Positions 1-10,097 of a stretch of DNA of 64,000 nt are shown here, one piece after another. Every line of letters starts with the position of its first letter. Positions within the stretch are counted from its first letter, which is position 1. The notes beneath the pieces are model-generated. The model saw only the letters and a list, made by a program, of their open reading frames with translations, had not been told where the DNA came from and searched no databases. Origin of the DNA: a virus; the IMG/VR virus record IMGVR_UViG_3300025732_000026, positions 24,567 through 88,566 of that record; one strand, given 5' to 3'. The translations under genes were made by a program, and so were the position numbers.

Positions 1-558
1 CACTAAACACGTATGTTCATATCCATATTTTTCTAAATTTGTTTGTTTTGCTTTATCTATGTTATTATATTTTTCGTTGCCATATCTATCTAGTTTAGTT
101 TTTTTTATTTTTCCAACAGATTCTTGTGTTTGAAAATAGTATTCTACACCATATTTTTTTAGATTAGATTCTTTTAACTTTTCTTGTAATTTTGAATAAT
201 CATTGTTAGTTTTTATTTTTAAATTTCTTTCATCCGATTGAGTTGAACAGTATTTCGAACAATAGTCATAATATCCATCATTAAATGTATTGAAGTTTAC
301 TGTATTTGATTGGCATGTTTTACAAATAGGAATTGTGGAAAGACCATTGATAATATGATAAATTCTTTCTGAGAATAAACAATCTTTAGATAAATGCTGT
401 GTCGATGCTAATATATCATCATAGATTTCTTTGATATTCTTGTTGATCCACCAAGATTCAAGACACACTCTATTGTTTAATCCTGATCTACCTTTTTTGG
501 TAAAACAGTTTGCTTCGATCCAATCTTTTTTGTTGTTTAAATAAATTTGATATTGCAT
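1..558 (-). CDS. Putative homing endonuclease, N-terminal part (runs off the window edge)
   Basis: Manual translation of the reverse strand from ATG at 558 (MQYQIYLNNKKDW...): a CxxC...YCSKYC zinc motif, then repeated (K/R)YG motifs (NLKKYGVE, KLDRYGNE, NLEKYGYE) typical of free-standing phage HEG DNA-binding repeats. Not in the ORF track. Confidence 0.65.
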   Translation of the reverse strand, partial: MQYQIYLNNKKDWIEANCFTKKGRSGLNNRVCLESWWINKNIKEIYDDILASTQHLSKDCLFSERIYHIINGLSTIPICKTCQSNTVNFNTFNDGYYDYCSKYCSTQSDERNLKIKTNNDYSKLQEKLKESNLKKYGVEYYFQTQESVGKIKKTKLDRYGNEKYNNIDKAKQTNLEKYGYEHTCLV

Positions 559-679
559 ATTGATTTTTTATTTTAGATATGATATTATAGTATATTGGGT
601 GTAAAATAGCAAGATAAATATTATGATATGTGATAATTCTATATAATGATTTTAGATAATTTTATATAGGATTTTTTTA

Positions 680-1495
680 ATGGAAATAAAAGTTAATATT
701 GATGAATTAAAGAAAAATAAACTTTTTGTGGCGACTCCGATGTTCGGAGGTCAGTGTAATGGTTTGTATATGAAATCATGTCTTGATTTACAGAATTTGA
801 TGAGTAGATATGGTATTGAAACTAAGTTCAGTTTTCTATTTAATGAAAGTTTAATTCAACGTGCCCGTAACTATTTAACAGATGAATTTCTTCGATCTGG
901 TTTTACTCATATGTTATTCATAGATGCTGATATACATTTTAATCCACAAGATATTATCGCATTAATGGCATTGGATAAAGATGTTATCGGAGCGCCATAT
1001 CCTAAAAAATCTATAAACTGGAATAATGTTAAACAAGCAGTATTGAATAATCCAGATATTGATCCTAAAGAATTAGAGAATGTTGTTGGTGAATATGTGT
1101 TTAATGTTGTTAATGGCACACAATCATTTAATGTGACAGAACCATTAGAAGTAATGGAAATTGGTACTGGATTTATGATGATTAAACGACACGTTTTTGA
1201 TAAGCTAAAAGATGCGTTTCCTAAACTGGCATATAAACCAGATCATGTTGGACAAGCAAATTTTGATGGTAGTCGATTTATTCACTCTTATTTTCCTGTA
1301 GAAATTGATACTCCTGATGGAATATTAGGTAATGGCAGTTATAGACTTCTCAGCGAAGATTATTTCTTCAATCAATTGTGGCGAAAAATTGATGGGAAAG
1401 TGTGGCTTTGTCCTTGGGTTAAACTCGGTCACGTGGGAACATACGAATTCAAAGGTAATATGAGTTCTGTCGCAGCACATACTGGCAAATTGTAA
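680..1495 (+). CDS. Conserved T4-like phage glycosyltransferase-like protein (GT-A fold)
   Basis: FVATPMFGG, NESLIQRARN, FIDADI (DxD) and LSEDYFF motifs. Confidence 0.7.
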   Translation: MEIKVNIDELKKNKLFVATPMFGGQCNGLYMKSCLDLQNLMSRYGIETKFSFLFNESLIQRARNYLTDEFLRSGFTHMLFIDADIHFNPQDIIALMALDKDVIGAPYPKKSINWNNVKQAVLNNPDIDPKELENVVGEYVFNVVNGTQSFNVTEPLEVMEIGTGFMMIKRHVFDKLKDAFPKLAYKPDHVGQANFDGSRFIHSYFPVEIDTPDGILGNGSYRLLSEDYFFNQLWRKIDGKVWLCPWVKLGHVGTYEFKGNMSSVAAHTGKL

Positions 1496-1517
1496 ATCAT
1501 AGAGCATTAAAGCATTC

Positions 1518-1554
1518 AGAGAAAGTGATTATTTTATAATCACTTTCTCTTTTC
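1518..1554 (+). terminator. Rho-independent terminator
   Basis: Inverted repeat AGAGAAAGTGATTA/TAATCACTTTCTCT followed by a T-run, just after the ORF stop. Confidence 0.7.
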
Positions 1555-1689
1555 TATTATAGACATCATTTATTGAATAAAAATCAAACTAATTTTTAGG
1601 CTGTTTTCTTTTATTGGGAAAATCTGACTTGCTATATTCTTCTCATTATGTTAGAATGTTTTAAATTATAAACTTAGGTGGAATTTGAT

Positions 1690-1962
1690 ATGAAAGAAAT
1701 AGAATCTTTTGTGATTAAATCTTATGTGCTTGAAGAAAATATATTAACGATTCAAGCACAATTGGAAGGGAATAATAATCCAGTAGATAATCTATATTCT
1801 TATGATTTGAATAAGATTGAATGTTTTACATTCATTTTTAAGAAATATTTTGAAAATTTTGTTGTATTAGAATCCTTCGTTCAGCAACATTTTAAAGGTT
1901 CTCAAGCTAGAGAGATATATAATGCAATTTATGATTATAAGGTAAAAACTGCTAAATGTTAA
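1690..1962 (+). CDS. Hypothetical protein
   Basis: ORF overlaps the start of the next gene. Confidence 0.5.
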   Translation: MKEIESFVIKSYVLEENILTIQAQLEGNNNPVDNLYSYDLNKIECFTFIFKKYFENFVVLESFVQQHFKGSQAREIYNAIYDYKVKTAKC

Positions 1963-2594
1963 TAGGATTAGTTGGATTCGCTGGTTCTGGTAAAAATACT
2001 GTTGCCAATATTCTAAAAGAAGAGTATAATTTCCAACAATCATCATTTGCAACAAAACTCAAAGACATTGTTGCAATTTTATTTAATTGGCCAAGAGATT
2101 TGCTCGAAGGGATTACTGAAGAATCACGAATTTTTAGAGAAACGAAAGATGAGTATTGGAGTAATATTCTTGAAAGAGATGTTACTCCGAGATTTGTATT
2201 ACAATATATCGGCACAAATATATTTAGAGTACATTTTCACTCAGATTTTTGGATTCATTCATTGTTCTCGGAATTGGATTTAACTAAAAATAATGTAATA
2301 TCCGATGTTAGATTTAGAAATGAGATATTAGCAATAAAAGATTATGGTGGTATTATTCTTAGAGTGAAACGCGGCGATGATCCAATTTGGTTTAATAAAT
2401 TATATTCTGCGCCATTAGTGGAAGGTATTCGTGAAGAAATCATGAAGAAATATAATTCACATCAAAGCGAATATGATTGGATATTGCCATGCTATACTGA
2501 AACAATTCATAATGATCGTGGAATAGATGATCTGAGATTATATGTAGAAACATGTATGAATAGAATTGGATTAATTGAAGGAGTTAAATTATGA
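1956..2594 (+). CDS. 1: Deoxynucleoside monophosphate kinase (gp1-like)
   Basis: GFAGSGKNT P-loop, SFATKLKD, TPRFVLQYIGT, ISDVRFRNE. Confidence 0.9.
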   Translation: MLIGLVGFAGSGKNTVANILKEEYNFQQSSFATKLKDIVAILFNWPRDLLEGITEESRIFRETKDEYWSNILERDVTPRFVLQYIGTNIFRVHFHSDFWIHSLFSELDLTKNNVISDVRFRNEILAIKDYGGIILRVKRGDDPIWFNKLYSAPLVEGIREEIMKKYNSHQSEYDWILPCYTETIHNDRGIDDLRLYVETCMNRIGLIEGVKL

Positions 2595-3601
2595 GTCAAG
2601 AAAAAGCTTTAGTTTTAAGAACGTGTAAAGCAGACGGAACAAGTTATGGTGACTTTCAGTGGCCAACGGAGATTGGCTCGATTGTCAAATGTCCAGATTG
2701 GAAACCGACGAAAGAATGTGGAAACGGACTTCATGGATTGCTGGATGGTCTTGGTGATCTTTTTCTATTGTCTAGCTCTATTGATGCCATTTGGCAGGTA
2801 GTTGAAGTTGATCGGTCGCAATGTATTGAACTAGGCGGAAAAGTCAAATTTCCTGAGTGTAAATTGGTGTATTCTGGGGATATGCTTGGTGCATTGATGC
2901 TGTTTGTTGACTATAACGTACAGCAATTGAAATCTGATGATGATTGTGCTGGATTAGTATCAACTGAAGATTATAGTCATTTAGCAGCATCTGGATATAA
3001 TAGTCGATTAGCGGCATCTGGATATTATAGCCAATTAGCTGCATCTGGAACAAACAGCCAATTAGCTGCATCTGGAAATAATAGTCAATTAGCTGCATCT
3101 GGAACAAACAGCCAATTAGCTGCATCTGGAAATAATAGCCAATTAGCTGCATCTGGAAATAATAGCCAATTAGCTGCATCGGGGGATTTTAGTAGAATAG
3201 CGGCATCTGGATATTATAGCCAATTAGCTGCATCTGGAACAAACAGCCAATTAGCTGCATCTGGAACAAACAGCCAATTAGCTGCATCTGGAAATAATAG
3301 CCAATTAGCTGCATCTGGAAATAATAGTCAATTAGCCGCATCGGGGGATTTTAGTAGAGTAGTGACATCTGGATATTATTGTCGATTATCTGCATCTGGA
3401 AAAGGATCAATTGTAATGTGTGCAGGAGACGCAAATACAGTTTCAGCAGGGGAAAATGGTACAATTGTGTTATCTAAGTGGAATAATATTGCGAAAAGAC
3501 ATGAAGTACGAGTAGGATATATTGGAGAGAATGGTCTAAAACCTAATGTTGCATATGAATTAGATCAAAATTTTGAATTTGTAGAATTTGTTGGAGTTTA
3601 A
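2591..3601 (+). CDS. Phage protein with 11-aa tandem repeats
   Basis: N-terminal ECGNGLHG...KVKF domain, about 13 copies of SQLAASG(N/T/Y)N-type units, C-terminal GYIGENGLKPNVAY. Confidence 0.75.
   Translation: MSQEKALVLRTCKADGTSYGDFQWPTEIGSIVKCPDWKPTKECGNGLHGLLDGLGDLFLLSSSIDAIWQVVEVDRSQCIELGGKVKFPECKLVYSGDMLGALMLFVDYNVQQLKSDDDCAGLVSTEDYSHLAASGYNSRLAASGYYSQLAASGTNSQLAASGNNSQLAASGTNSQLAASGNNSQLAASGNNSQLAASGDFSRIAASGYYSQLAASGTNSQLAASGTNSQLAASGNNSQLAASGNNSQLAASGDFSRVVTSGYYCRLSASGKGSIVMCAGDANTVSAGENGTIVLSKWNNIAKRHEVRVGYIGENGLKPNVAYELDQNFEFVEFVGV
2973..3400 (+). repeat. 33-bp in-frame coding tandem repeat
   Basis: Units of AGCCAATTAGCTGCATCTGGAAATAAT-like sequence recur every 33 bp. Confidence 0.9.
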
Positions 3602-3619
3602 TTTTTAATAGGAAAATGT

Positions 3620-4306
3620 ATGAAATTTAGTAATTTAACAATGCAGTTATTGAAAAATTTTGCGAATATTAATTCAGGAATATATTTCAAAGAAGGAAAC
3701 AAACTTAGAACAATATCTACGCAGCAAGATATTCTAGTAGATGCTGAAATTGATGATGTTATTCCTACTGATTTTGGAGTATATGATCTGAATAATTTTC
3801 TCGCAGTTCTTTCTATTCATAAAGATTCTAGTCCTAATTTGGAATTTGAAAATAATAATATTATTATCTCTAGTGATGATAAACGTAGTAAAATTAGATA
3901 TAGATTTTGTGAACCTACTATGATTGTTAGACCACCAGAAAAAGATATTATCATTAAAGATGCTGAGATGAATTTTTCATTAGCGGAAAATGATTTAGCT
4001 TGGATATTAAAGACAGCAAGTGTTTTGAATTGCCCACAAGTATCATTCAAATCAGATGGCGAAAAATTAACTATTAATGCAGTAAACACAGTTGATAATT
4101 CAGCGCATACAAATTCGTTGGAAATTGGTGATAGTGATGGCAAAGTTTTTAATATTATATTCAAAACCGAGAAGATTCAGAAAGTATTATTGGGTGATTA
4201 TGATGTAATCATTTCATCCAAAGGAATTGCAAAATTTGATAATAAGTCAATCATATTGAAATACTATTTAAGTACGGAATCTGGATCGGAATACAAACAT
4301 GAATAA
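3620..4306 (+). CDS. 45: Sliding clamp
   Basis: MKFS..T..LLKNFANINSGI and FGVYDLNNFL motifs; T4 synteny. Confidence 0.92.
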   Translation: MKFSNLTMQLLKNFANINSGIYFKEGNKLRTISTQQDILVDAEIDDVIPTDFGVYDLNNFLAVLSIHKDSSPNLEFENNNIIISSDDKRSKIRYRFCEPTMIVRPPEKDIIIKDAEMNFSLAENDLAWILKTASVLNCPQVSFKSDGEKLTINAVNTVDNSAHTNSLEIGDSDGKVFNIIFKTEKIQKVLLGDYDVIISSKGIAKFDNKSIILKYYLSTESGSEYKHE

Positions 4307-5240
4307 TGAAGAATTTCTATTTTCTCAGAAATATAGACCCAAAACTGTTTCTGAATGTATTCTACCAAAACGATTAAAGGATTTGTTTCAATCATATGTT
4401 AATGATAGGCAAGTTCCGAATCTACTATTATATTCCGGTAGTGGAATGGGCAAAACAACCACCGCAAGAGCGATATGCGAAGAAATAGGATTGGATTATC
4501 TGATAATTAATGGTTCAGATGAGAATGGTGTTGATACTGTAAGAAATAAAATAACTAATTATGCAAGTTCTATGTCATTGAAAGGTGGTAAAAAAGTTAT
4601 TATAATAGATGAGATGGAATACATGTCCTTGAATGCTCAAGCGATTTTGCGACATGCCACTGAAGAGTTTTCTCATAATTGTACTTTTATTTTTACATGT
4701 AATTATCCTTCAAAGATTATTGAACCATTGCATTCAAGATGTGCAGTCATTGATTTTTCTCTTAAAGCAAATGAGAAACCAGAAATGGCAGCACTATTCT
4801 TTGATCGAGTAAAACATATACTTAAAATAGAATCGATTGAGTATGATGCTAAAGTCATAGTGGAAATTATTAAAAAATATTTTCCCGATTATCGTCGAGT
4901 GTTGAATGAGTTGCAGAGATATTCTAAGTTTGGAAAAATCGATACTGGAATATTATCAGATTTAACAGATGAATCCGTTAAGGAATTGATCAAACATATT
5001 GCTAGTAAAGATTTTACGGCAATGCGCAAATGGGTAGGAATACATGGGTTGGATGCGTCTAATATATATCGTCAAATATATGATCAGTTATCCGCCACAA
5101 TGGAAGCTGATAGCGTTCCCGCTGCGGTGATGATTCTGGGTGATTATATGTATAAATCGGCATTTTGCTCAGATCAGGAAATTAATCTTGCGGCATGTTG
5201 TACGGAATTGATGGTAGAGTGTTCTTTCTTGGATAAATGA
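4299..5240 (+). CDS. 44: Clamp loader large subunit
   Basis: QKYRPKTV.ECILP, GMGKTT Walker A, IIDE, PLHSRC. Confidence 0.95.
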   Translation: MNNEEFLFSQKYRPKTVSECILPKRLKDLFQSYVNDRQVPNLLLYSGSGMGKTTTARAICEEIGLDYLIINGSDENGVDTVRNKITNYASSMSLKGGKKVIIIDEMEYMSLNAQAILRHATEEFSHNCTFIFTCNYPSKIIEPLHSRCAVIDFSLKANEKPEMAALFFDRVKHILKIESIEYDAKVIVEIIKKYFPDYRRVLNELQRYSKFGKIDTGILSDLTDESVKELIKHIASKDFTAMRKWVGIHGLDASNIYRQIYDQLSATMEADSVPAAVMILGDYMYKSAFCSDQEINLAACCTELMVECSFLDK

Positions 5241-5241
5241 T

Positions 5242-5622
5242 ATGACAGTTTGGGATTTTACAAATGCAATAATGCTTAACAAAAAGCAATTATTGGATAA
5301 TGTTACTGAGAAAGAATTCATTCCATACATAATAAATAAAACATTATCATATCATCGAGATTGTATTTTTTATGCAAATGAGATGAATAGTAGATCATAT
5401 TTAAGTAAAAATATGCAAAATGATTTTTACTTAAATGCAATAAAACCAAGAAAACGACCATTCATAAAATGGTCGAAGCAAATAGATGATGTTGTTGTTG
5501 ATCTCGTGAAAGATTTTTTTGGGTGTTCAGTAAGACAGGCTAGAGAAATATTACCATTGATGGATGATAGTAAAATAGATTTCATAAAACAAAAAATAGA
5601 TAAAGGTGGATTGAATGATTGA
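5242..5622 (+). CDS. 62: Clamp loader small subunit
   Basis: PYIINKTLSY..DCIFYANEMN; lies between gene 44 and regA. Confidence 0.88.
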   Translation: MTVWDFTNAIMLNKKQLLDNVTEKEFIPYIINKTLSYHRDCIFYANEMNSRSYLSKNMQNDFYLNAIKPRKRPFIKWSKQIDDVVVDLVKDFFGCSVRQAREILPLMDDSKIDFIKQKIDKGGLND

Positions 5623-6022
5623 AATGAAAAATATTGGTGTTGAGATAGAATTGCCAGATGATGAGTGTTTTTTGAAGATTCAAGAAACACTGACTCGAAT
5701 TGGAATTCCTACTAAAGATTATAAGCTATTTCAAACTGCACATATTTTACACAAACAAGGCAGATTTTGGATAGTACATTTTAAGGAAATGTTTATTCTT
5801 GATGGTAGGGAATCTAATGTATCGGATGACGATATTGCGCGAAGAAATACTATATCCAAATTGCTTCAAGATTGGGAATTGGTTAAGATTCTCAATTTTA
5901 GATCGATAGAAGGTAATCTTGCTCCAATATCTGATATTAAAATTATCAAACATTCAGAGAAATTTCGATGGGAATTATTGCCGAAATATACTATCGGAAA
6001 AAAACATTTTATTAGAAAATAA
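5615..6022 (+). CDS. regA: Translational repressor RegA
   Basis: FLKIQETLTRIGI, HILHKQGRFWIVHFKEMF.LDG, WELLPKYTIG. Confidence 0.95.
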   Translation: MIEMKNIGVEIELPDDECFLKIQETLTRIGIPTKDYKLFQTAHILHKQGRFWIVHFKEMFILDGRESNVSDDDIARRNTISKLLQDWELVKILNFRSIEGNLAPISDIKIIKHSEKFRWELLPKYTIGKKHFIRK

Positions 6023-6068
6023 GCTGATTAATTTGAGATTTACTATATGATGATCCTTGGAGATTATC

Positions 6069-6257
6069 ATGGCAGATAAAAAAAGTAGAAATCGGGTAAT
6101 CCAGTTGAGAAATAGAATTACTAATGACGTTGTGTACACTAGAAGTATTGATGACATTGTTATTATTAATGGTGTAAAATTCATTAAAGCATTTAATGAA
6201 TATCAACCACAACGATCATTTTTAATTAATTTAGAAGCATATGCCAGAATCCGTTGA
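6069..6257 (+). CDS. Hypothetical protein
   Basis: GGAG SD before the ATG at 6069. Confidence 0.6.
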   Translation: MADKKSRNRVIQLRNRITNDVVYTRSIDDIVIINGVKFIKAFNEYQPQRSFLINLEAYARIR

Positions 6258-6276
6258 ATAATATGGAATATGAAAA

Positions 6277-6714
6277 ATGACAGAAAAAGAATTAAAATAT
6301 CATACTTTGTACTTAGATATAGCAGAACGAATCTCTCAAATGAGTCATGCGCGAAGATTGCGAGTTGGAGCATTAATTGAGAAAAACGGTACTATTATTT
6401 CCATGGGATGGAATGGTACACCTAAAGGATTTCACAATAATTGTGAACATGAATATTTTGATGAAATAGGTAATTGTACGTTAGAAACTAAAAATGAAAC
6501 AATTCATGCTGAAATGAATGCCATTGGCAAATTGGCAGAAAATGGAATTTCTGCATCCGGTTCCAATTTGTATTTGACCCATTCCCCATGTCTTGAATGC
6601 TCGAAATTGATACAACGAGCCGGAATCAAAACAGTAATTTACAAGAAAGAGTATCGTAATGATAATGGAATTAGATTTTTAAAAAAATGTGGTGTGGAGA
6701 TTTACAAATTATGA
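6277..6714 (+). CDS. cd: dCMP deaminase
   Basis: HAEMNA and SPCLECSK zinc motifs, GWNGTP. Confidence 0.9.
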   Translation: MTEKELKYHTLYLDIAERISQMSHARRLRVGALIEKNGTIISMGWNGTPKGFHNNCEHEYFDEIGNCTLETKNETIHAEMNAIGKLAENGISASGSNLYLTHSPCLECSKLIQRAGIKTVIYKKEYRNDNGIRFLKKCGVEIYKL

Positions 6715-7151
6715 AACGTATAGGATTCACTTGCTCTACTTTTGATTTACTTCACGCTGGACATATTATGATGTTGCAGGAAGCTAAAGAACATTGTGAT
6801 ATACTGATAGTGGGATTACAGATTGATCCTACTGTTGATAGACCCGAAAAAAATAAACCTATTCAATCTATTGTTGAGAGATTTATTCAATTAAAAGCAA
6901 TAAAATATGTTGATGAGATTGTTCCTTATCATACAGAAAATGATTTACTGGATATTCTAAAAGCATTTCCTATTGATATTAGATTTGTTGGTGATGAATA
7001 CACTATTAAAGATTTTACCGGCAAAACATATTGTAGTGAAAATAATATTGAATTATTTTATAATTCAAGAAAACATAGTTGGTCAACAACTGAATTGCGT
7101 AATAGGATTTATGGAACATCATCTGTTGGCGGTTTAAAATATAAATTATAG
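6711..7151 (+). CDS. Glycerol-3-phosphate cytidylyltransferase-like (TagD family)
   Basis: FDLLHAGH (HxGH), RFVGDEY, SRKHSWSTTELR. Confidence 0.85.
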   Translation: MKRIGFTCSTFDLLHAGHIMMLQEAKEHCDILIVGLQIDPTVDRPEKNKPIQSIVERFIQLKAIKYVDEIVPYHTENDLLDILKAFPIDIRFVGDEYTIKDFTGKTYCSENNIELFYNSRKHSWSTTELRNRIYGTSSVGGLKYKL

Positions 7152-7242
7152 GAGAATAATGAATATAATAGATATTATTTTATTGATACTGGGGTATGTT
7201 TTATACTTGGTATTAGTTTTTAAAATTACAAAGTGAGAGAAT

Positions 7243-7671
7243 ATGAACGTTTTTGAAGATCAAGCAAAATTTATGTTAGCAGTTGATAATACTGTTGGTG
7301 AATTTAATCCAAAACAATTTAAGTTGTATTTGAAATTAATAGTTGAAGAATTTATCGAATTATTGGATGATAGTGAGTCGGGTAATAGGATCGATCAATT
7401 AGATGATTTAATTGATTTGTTGGTAGTCACAATCGGAACAATACATTCACTGGGAGTAAATCCAGAAGATGCTTGGAAAGAGGTAATACGATCTAATATG
7501 AGTAAAGTTGATCCTATTACTGGTAAAGTATTGAAACGCGAAGATGGGAAGGTTATTAAGCCAGAAGCATATTCATCTCCATTCTTAAATAATTGTGTGA
7601 TTGGTGATGAATTGAACCAATTCGATTATTCAGATGTAATTGCTGAGTTAAAAACTAAATTAGGAGTATAA
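7243..7671 (+). CDS. MazG/PRA-PH-like nucleotide pyrophosphohydrolase
   Basis: LIVEEFIEL, DDLIDLLVV, SNMSK, REDGKVIKP. Confidence 0.85.
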   Translation: MNVFEDQAKFMLAVDNTVGEFNPKQFKLYLKLIVEEFIELLDDSESGNRIDQLDDLIDLLVVTIGTIHSLGVNPEDAWKEVIRSNMSKVDPITGKVLKREDGKVIKPEAYSSPFLNNCVIGDELNQFDYSDVIAELKTKLGV

Positions 7672-7673
7672 TC

Positions 7674-7985
7674 ATGTCGATTGCATTATTAACGTTCAAA
7701 GGATTGCAAACGGTTATCGCAACAGTCGATGATAATTTTGTGAGTGAAAATAAGATAAAATTATCTAAATTGTTATTTGTAATGTCACAACCAACTCAGC
7801 AAGGTTCACAATTGGTATTCGTACCATTTTTAGAATTTTCGGAACAGTGGGAAACTGGAATAGAATTTGATCGATCTGAATTTACTGTAATCAGTGATCC
7901 AATTTCTTCTATCACAGAAAAATATCGAGAAATGTTTAGTGAGATTCAAATTGCATCTGCAATGCCTAAATGGAAAGGCAGATAA
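7674..7985 (+). CDS. Conserved hypothetical protein upstream of gene 43
   Basis: GGAG SD; conserved position in T4-like phages; ends YREMFSEIQIA. Confidence 0.65.
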   Translation: MSIALLTFKGLQTVIATVDDNFVSENKIKLSKLLFVMSQPTQQGSQLVFVPFLEFSEQWETGIEFDRSEFTVISDPISSITEKYREMFSEIQIASAMPKWKGR

Positions 7986-10097
7986 GTGTACTATACAAAT
8001 GTTGCGGTTCTTGGGAATAATATCTGTCTTAGAGGTATAAAGAATGGTAAAAGATTTAACTCTAAGATTCAATATAAACCTAGTTTATATGTCAGATCAG
8101 AAATCGATTCGATATATAAAACTATTCATAGTGAAAATTTAGATAAAATTGAATTTGATAATATTAAATCTACCAGAGAATTTATTAACTCGTATAAAGA
8201 TGTTGAGAATTTTTCAATATATGGAAATCAATCATTTGAGTATGCTTTTATTGCAGATAATTTTAAAAATGAAATTGAATGGAATATAGATGACATATCA
8301 ATTGCAATTGTTGATATTGAAACGTATAGTGCCAATGGATTTCCAGATCCCGAGAAAGCTGAACATCCGATAACAGCTATTACCATACGGTATTTGAAAC
8401 AATATTCAATATCATTCGCATGTGGTGAATATACACCTAAATTCACAAATTCAAAATATATAAATTGTTTAGATGAATATGATTTGTGTGTCAAATTTGT
8501 GAATTATTGGAATAAAAATTGTCCAGATATAATGACAGGTTGGAATATTCAAGGATTTGATATTGCATATTTATTCAATCGAATATCTAAAATATGTGGA
8601 GAAACAGAAGTTCAAAAATTATCTCCTTGGGGTGTTATCAATAAATCTCAAAAATTTTCAAAAACGACCGGTAAAGCATATAGTATATATAAAATATATG
8701 GAATAGCAGTATTAGATTATCTTGATTTATATAAACAATTTTCACCAGTTAAACAAGAATCTTATAAATTGGATGTAATTTGTAATTATGAGTTGGGTAC
8801 TGGTAAATTAAATTATGATGAATATAGTTCCTTGCACCAATTATATGTTCAAAATTTTGAGAAATTTATTGATTATAATATTATTGATTGTGAGTTGATA
8901 GAACACCTAGAAGATAAGCTAAAGCTAATAGAACTTGCTGCGACATTGGCATATGATACTAAATCTCAGTTCGAAGATGTGTTCACACAAACTAGAATGT
9001 GGGATGCAATTATATATAATCATCTACTAGCCAATAATGTGATAATTCCTGCCAAGGAAATTTCAACAAAGGACGTTAAATTTGAGGGGGCATATGTTAA
9101 AGACCCCGTAGTTGGAAAATATAAAAATGTTGTTTCGTTTGATCTTGAGAGTTTATATCCTAGTTTGATTCAGCAATATAATTTGAGTCCCGATACAATT
9201 ATCGAACCGGAAAATTATACACCAGAGATACGAGAAATCGTATCGCGGAATATAACAGTTGATAAATTATTGAATCAGGAAATCGATTTTTCTAAATTAC
9301 AAAATGTCGTAATGGCAGCTAATGGTCATTTTTTTAGAATTGGTAAACAAGGATTTTTACCAGAAATATTGGCAAAAATGGGTGCTGATCGAAAAAAATA
9401 TAAGAGATTGATGCTCGATACCAAGAAAGAATTAGAAAAACACAAAATCAATAATACATTAACTGATGATATTTTAAATGAATTAGAAAGAAAAATTGCC
9501 AGATATAATAATCTTCAATTGGCAAAAAAGGTTCAATCCAATTCGGGTTTTGGCACGCTAGGCAGCGCGTATTTTAGATTTTTTGATACCAGAATCGCAG
9601 AAGCGATAACGTTATCAGGACAATTGGCTGTTAGGTGGGTTGAACAAGAAGTAGATAAACTATTGAATCATTTATTAAAAACGGAAAACGAGAATTATTG
9701 TTTGTATTCTGATACTGATAGTTGTTTTTTGCTTTTAAATCAAGTAGTTAGTAGAGCAAGTATAGATCATTCAGTAGTTGAGAATAGAATAAATTTTCTG
9801 GATAAATTATGTGATACTATTATTCAACCACATATTCAAAAAGCATATGATAAATTGTTTCGATATATTGGTGGATATGAGAATAAAATGTATATGAAAC
9901 GTGAGAAAATATGTTCAGATGTTATTTTTACCGGAAAAAAACATTATATTCTGAGTGTATATGATAATGAGGGTGTTCGATATTCTGAACCTCAGTTGGC
10001 AATAGTTGGATTGGAAATGATTAAAACTTCTACTCCAACTATTATTCGAGATAAATTAAAGAACTTGTTAAAATTTTATTATATGGTACAGAAGTAG
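7986..10097 (+). CDS. 43: Family B DNA polymerase gp43, N-terminal part (exonuclease, palm, fingers)
   Basis: DIET, GWNIQGFDIAY, SFDLESLYPS, KKVQSNSGFG, YSDTDS, KKHY. Homology continues in the -1 frame from about 10058. Confidence 0.95.
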   Translation: MYYTNVAVLGNNICLRGIKNGKRFNSKIQYKPSLYVRSEIDSIYKTIHSENLDKIEFDNIKSTREFINSYKDVENFSIYGNQSFEYAFIADNFKNEIEWNIDDISIAIVDIETYSANGFPDPEKAEHPITAITIRYLKQYSISFACGEYTPKFTNSKYINCLDEYDLCVKFVNYWNKNCPDIMTGWNIQGFDIAYLFNRISKICGETEVQKLSPWGVINKSQKFSKTTGKAYSIYKIYGIAVLDYLDLYKQFSPVKQESYKLDVICNYELGTGKLNYDEYSSLHQLYVQNFEKFIDYNIIDCELIEHLEDKLKLIELAATLAYDTKSQFEDVFTQTRMWDAIIYNHLLANNVIIPAKEISTKDVKFEGAYVKDPVVGKYKNVVSFDLESLYPSLIQQYNLSPDTIIEPENYTPEIREIVSRNITVDKLLNQEIDFSKLQNVVMAANGHFFRIGKQGFLPEILAKMGADRKKYKRLMLDTKKELEKHKINNTLTDDILNELERKIARYNNLQLAKKVQSNSGFGTLGSAYFRFFDTRIAEAITLSGQLAVRWVEQEVDKLLNHLLKTENENYCLYSDTDSCFLLLNQVVSRASIDHSVVENRINFLDKLCDTIIQPHIQKAYDKLFRYIGGYENKMYMKREKICSDVIFTGKKHYILSVYDNEGVRYSEPQLAIVGLEMIKTSTPTIIRDKLKNLLKFYYMVQK

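Noticed and set aside
2973-3400. CRISPR array or DGR template/variable repeat
   Set aside because: The repeats are in-frame 33-bp coding units; no reverse transcriptase or adenine-specific TR/VR pair is visible.
10095-10097. Stop-codon reassignment (TAG readthrough) explaining the gp43 break
   Set aside because: The continuation is in a different frame, and TAG/TGA end other genes normally.
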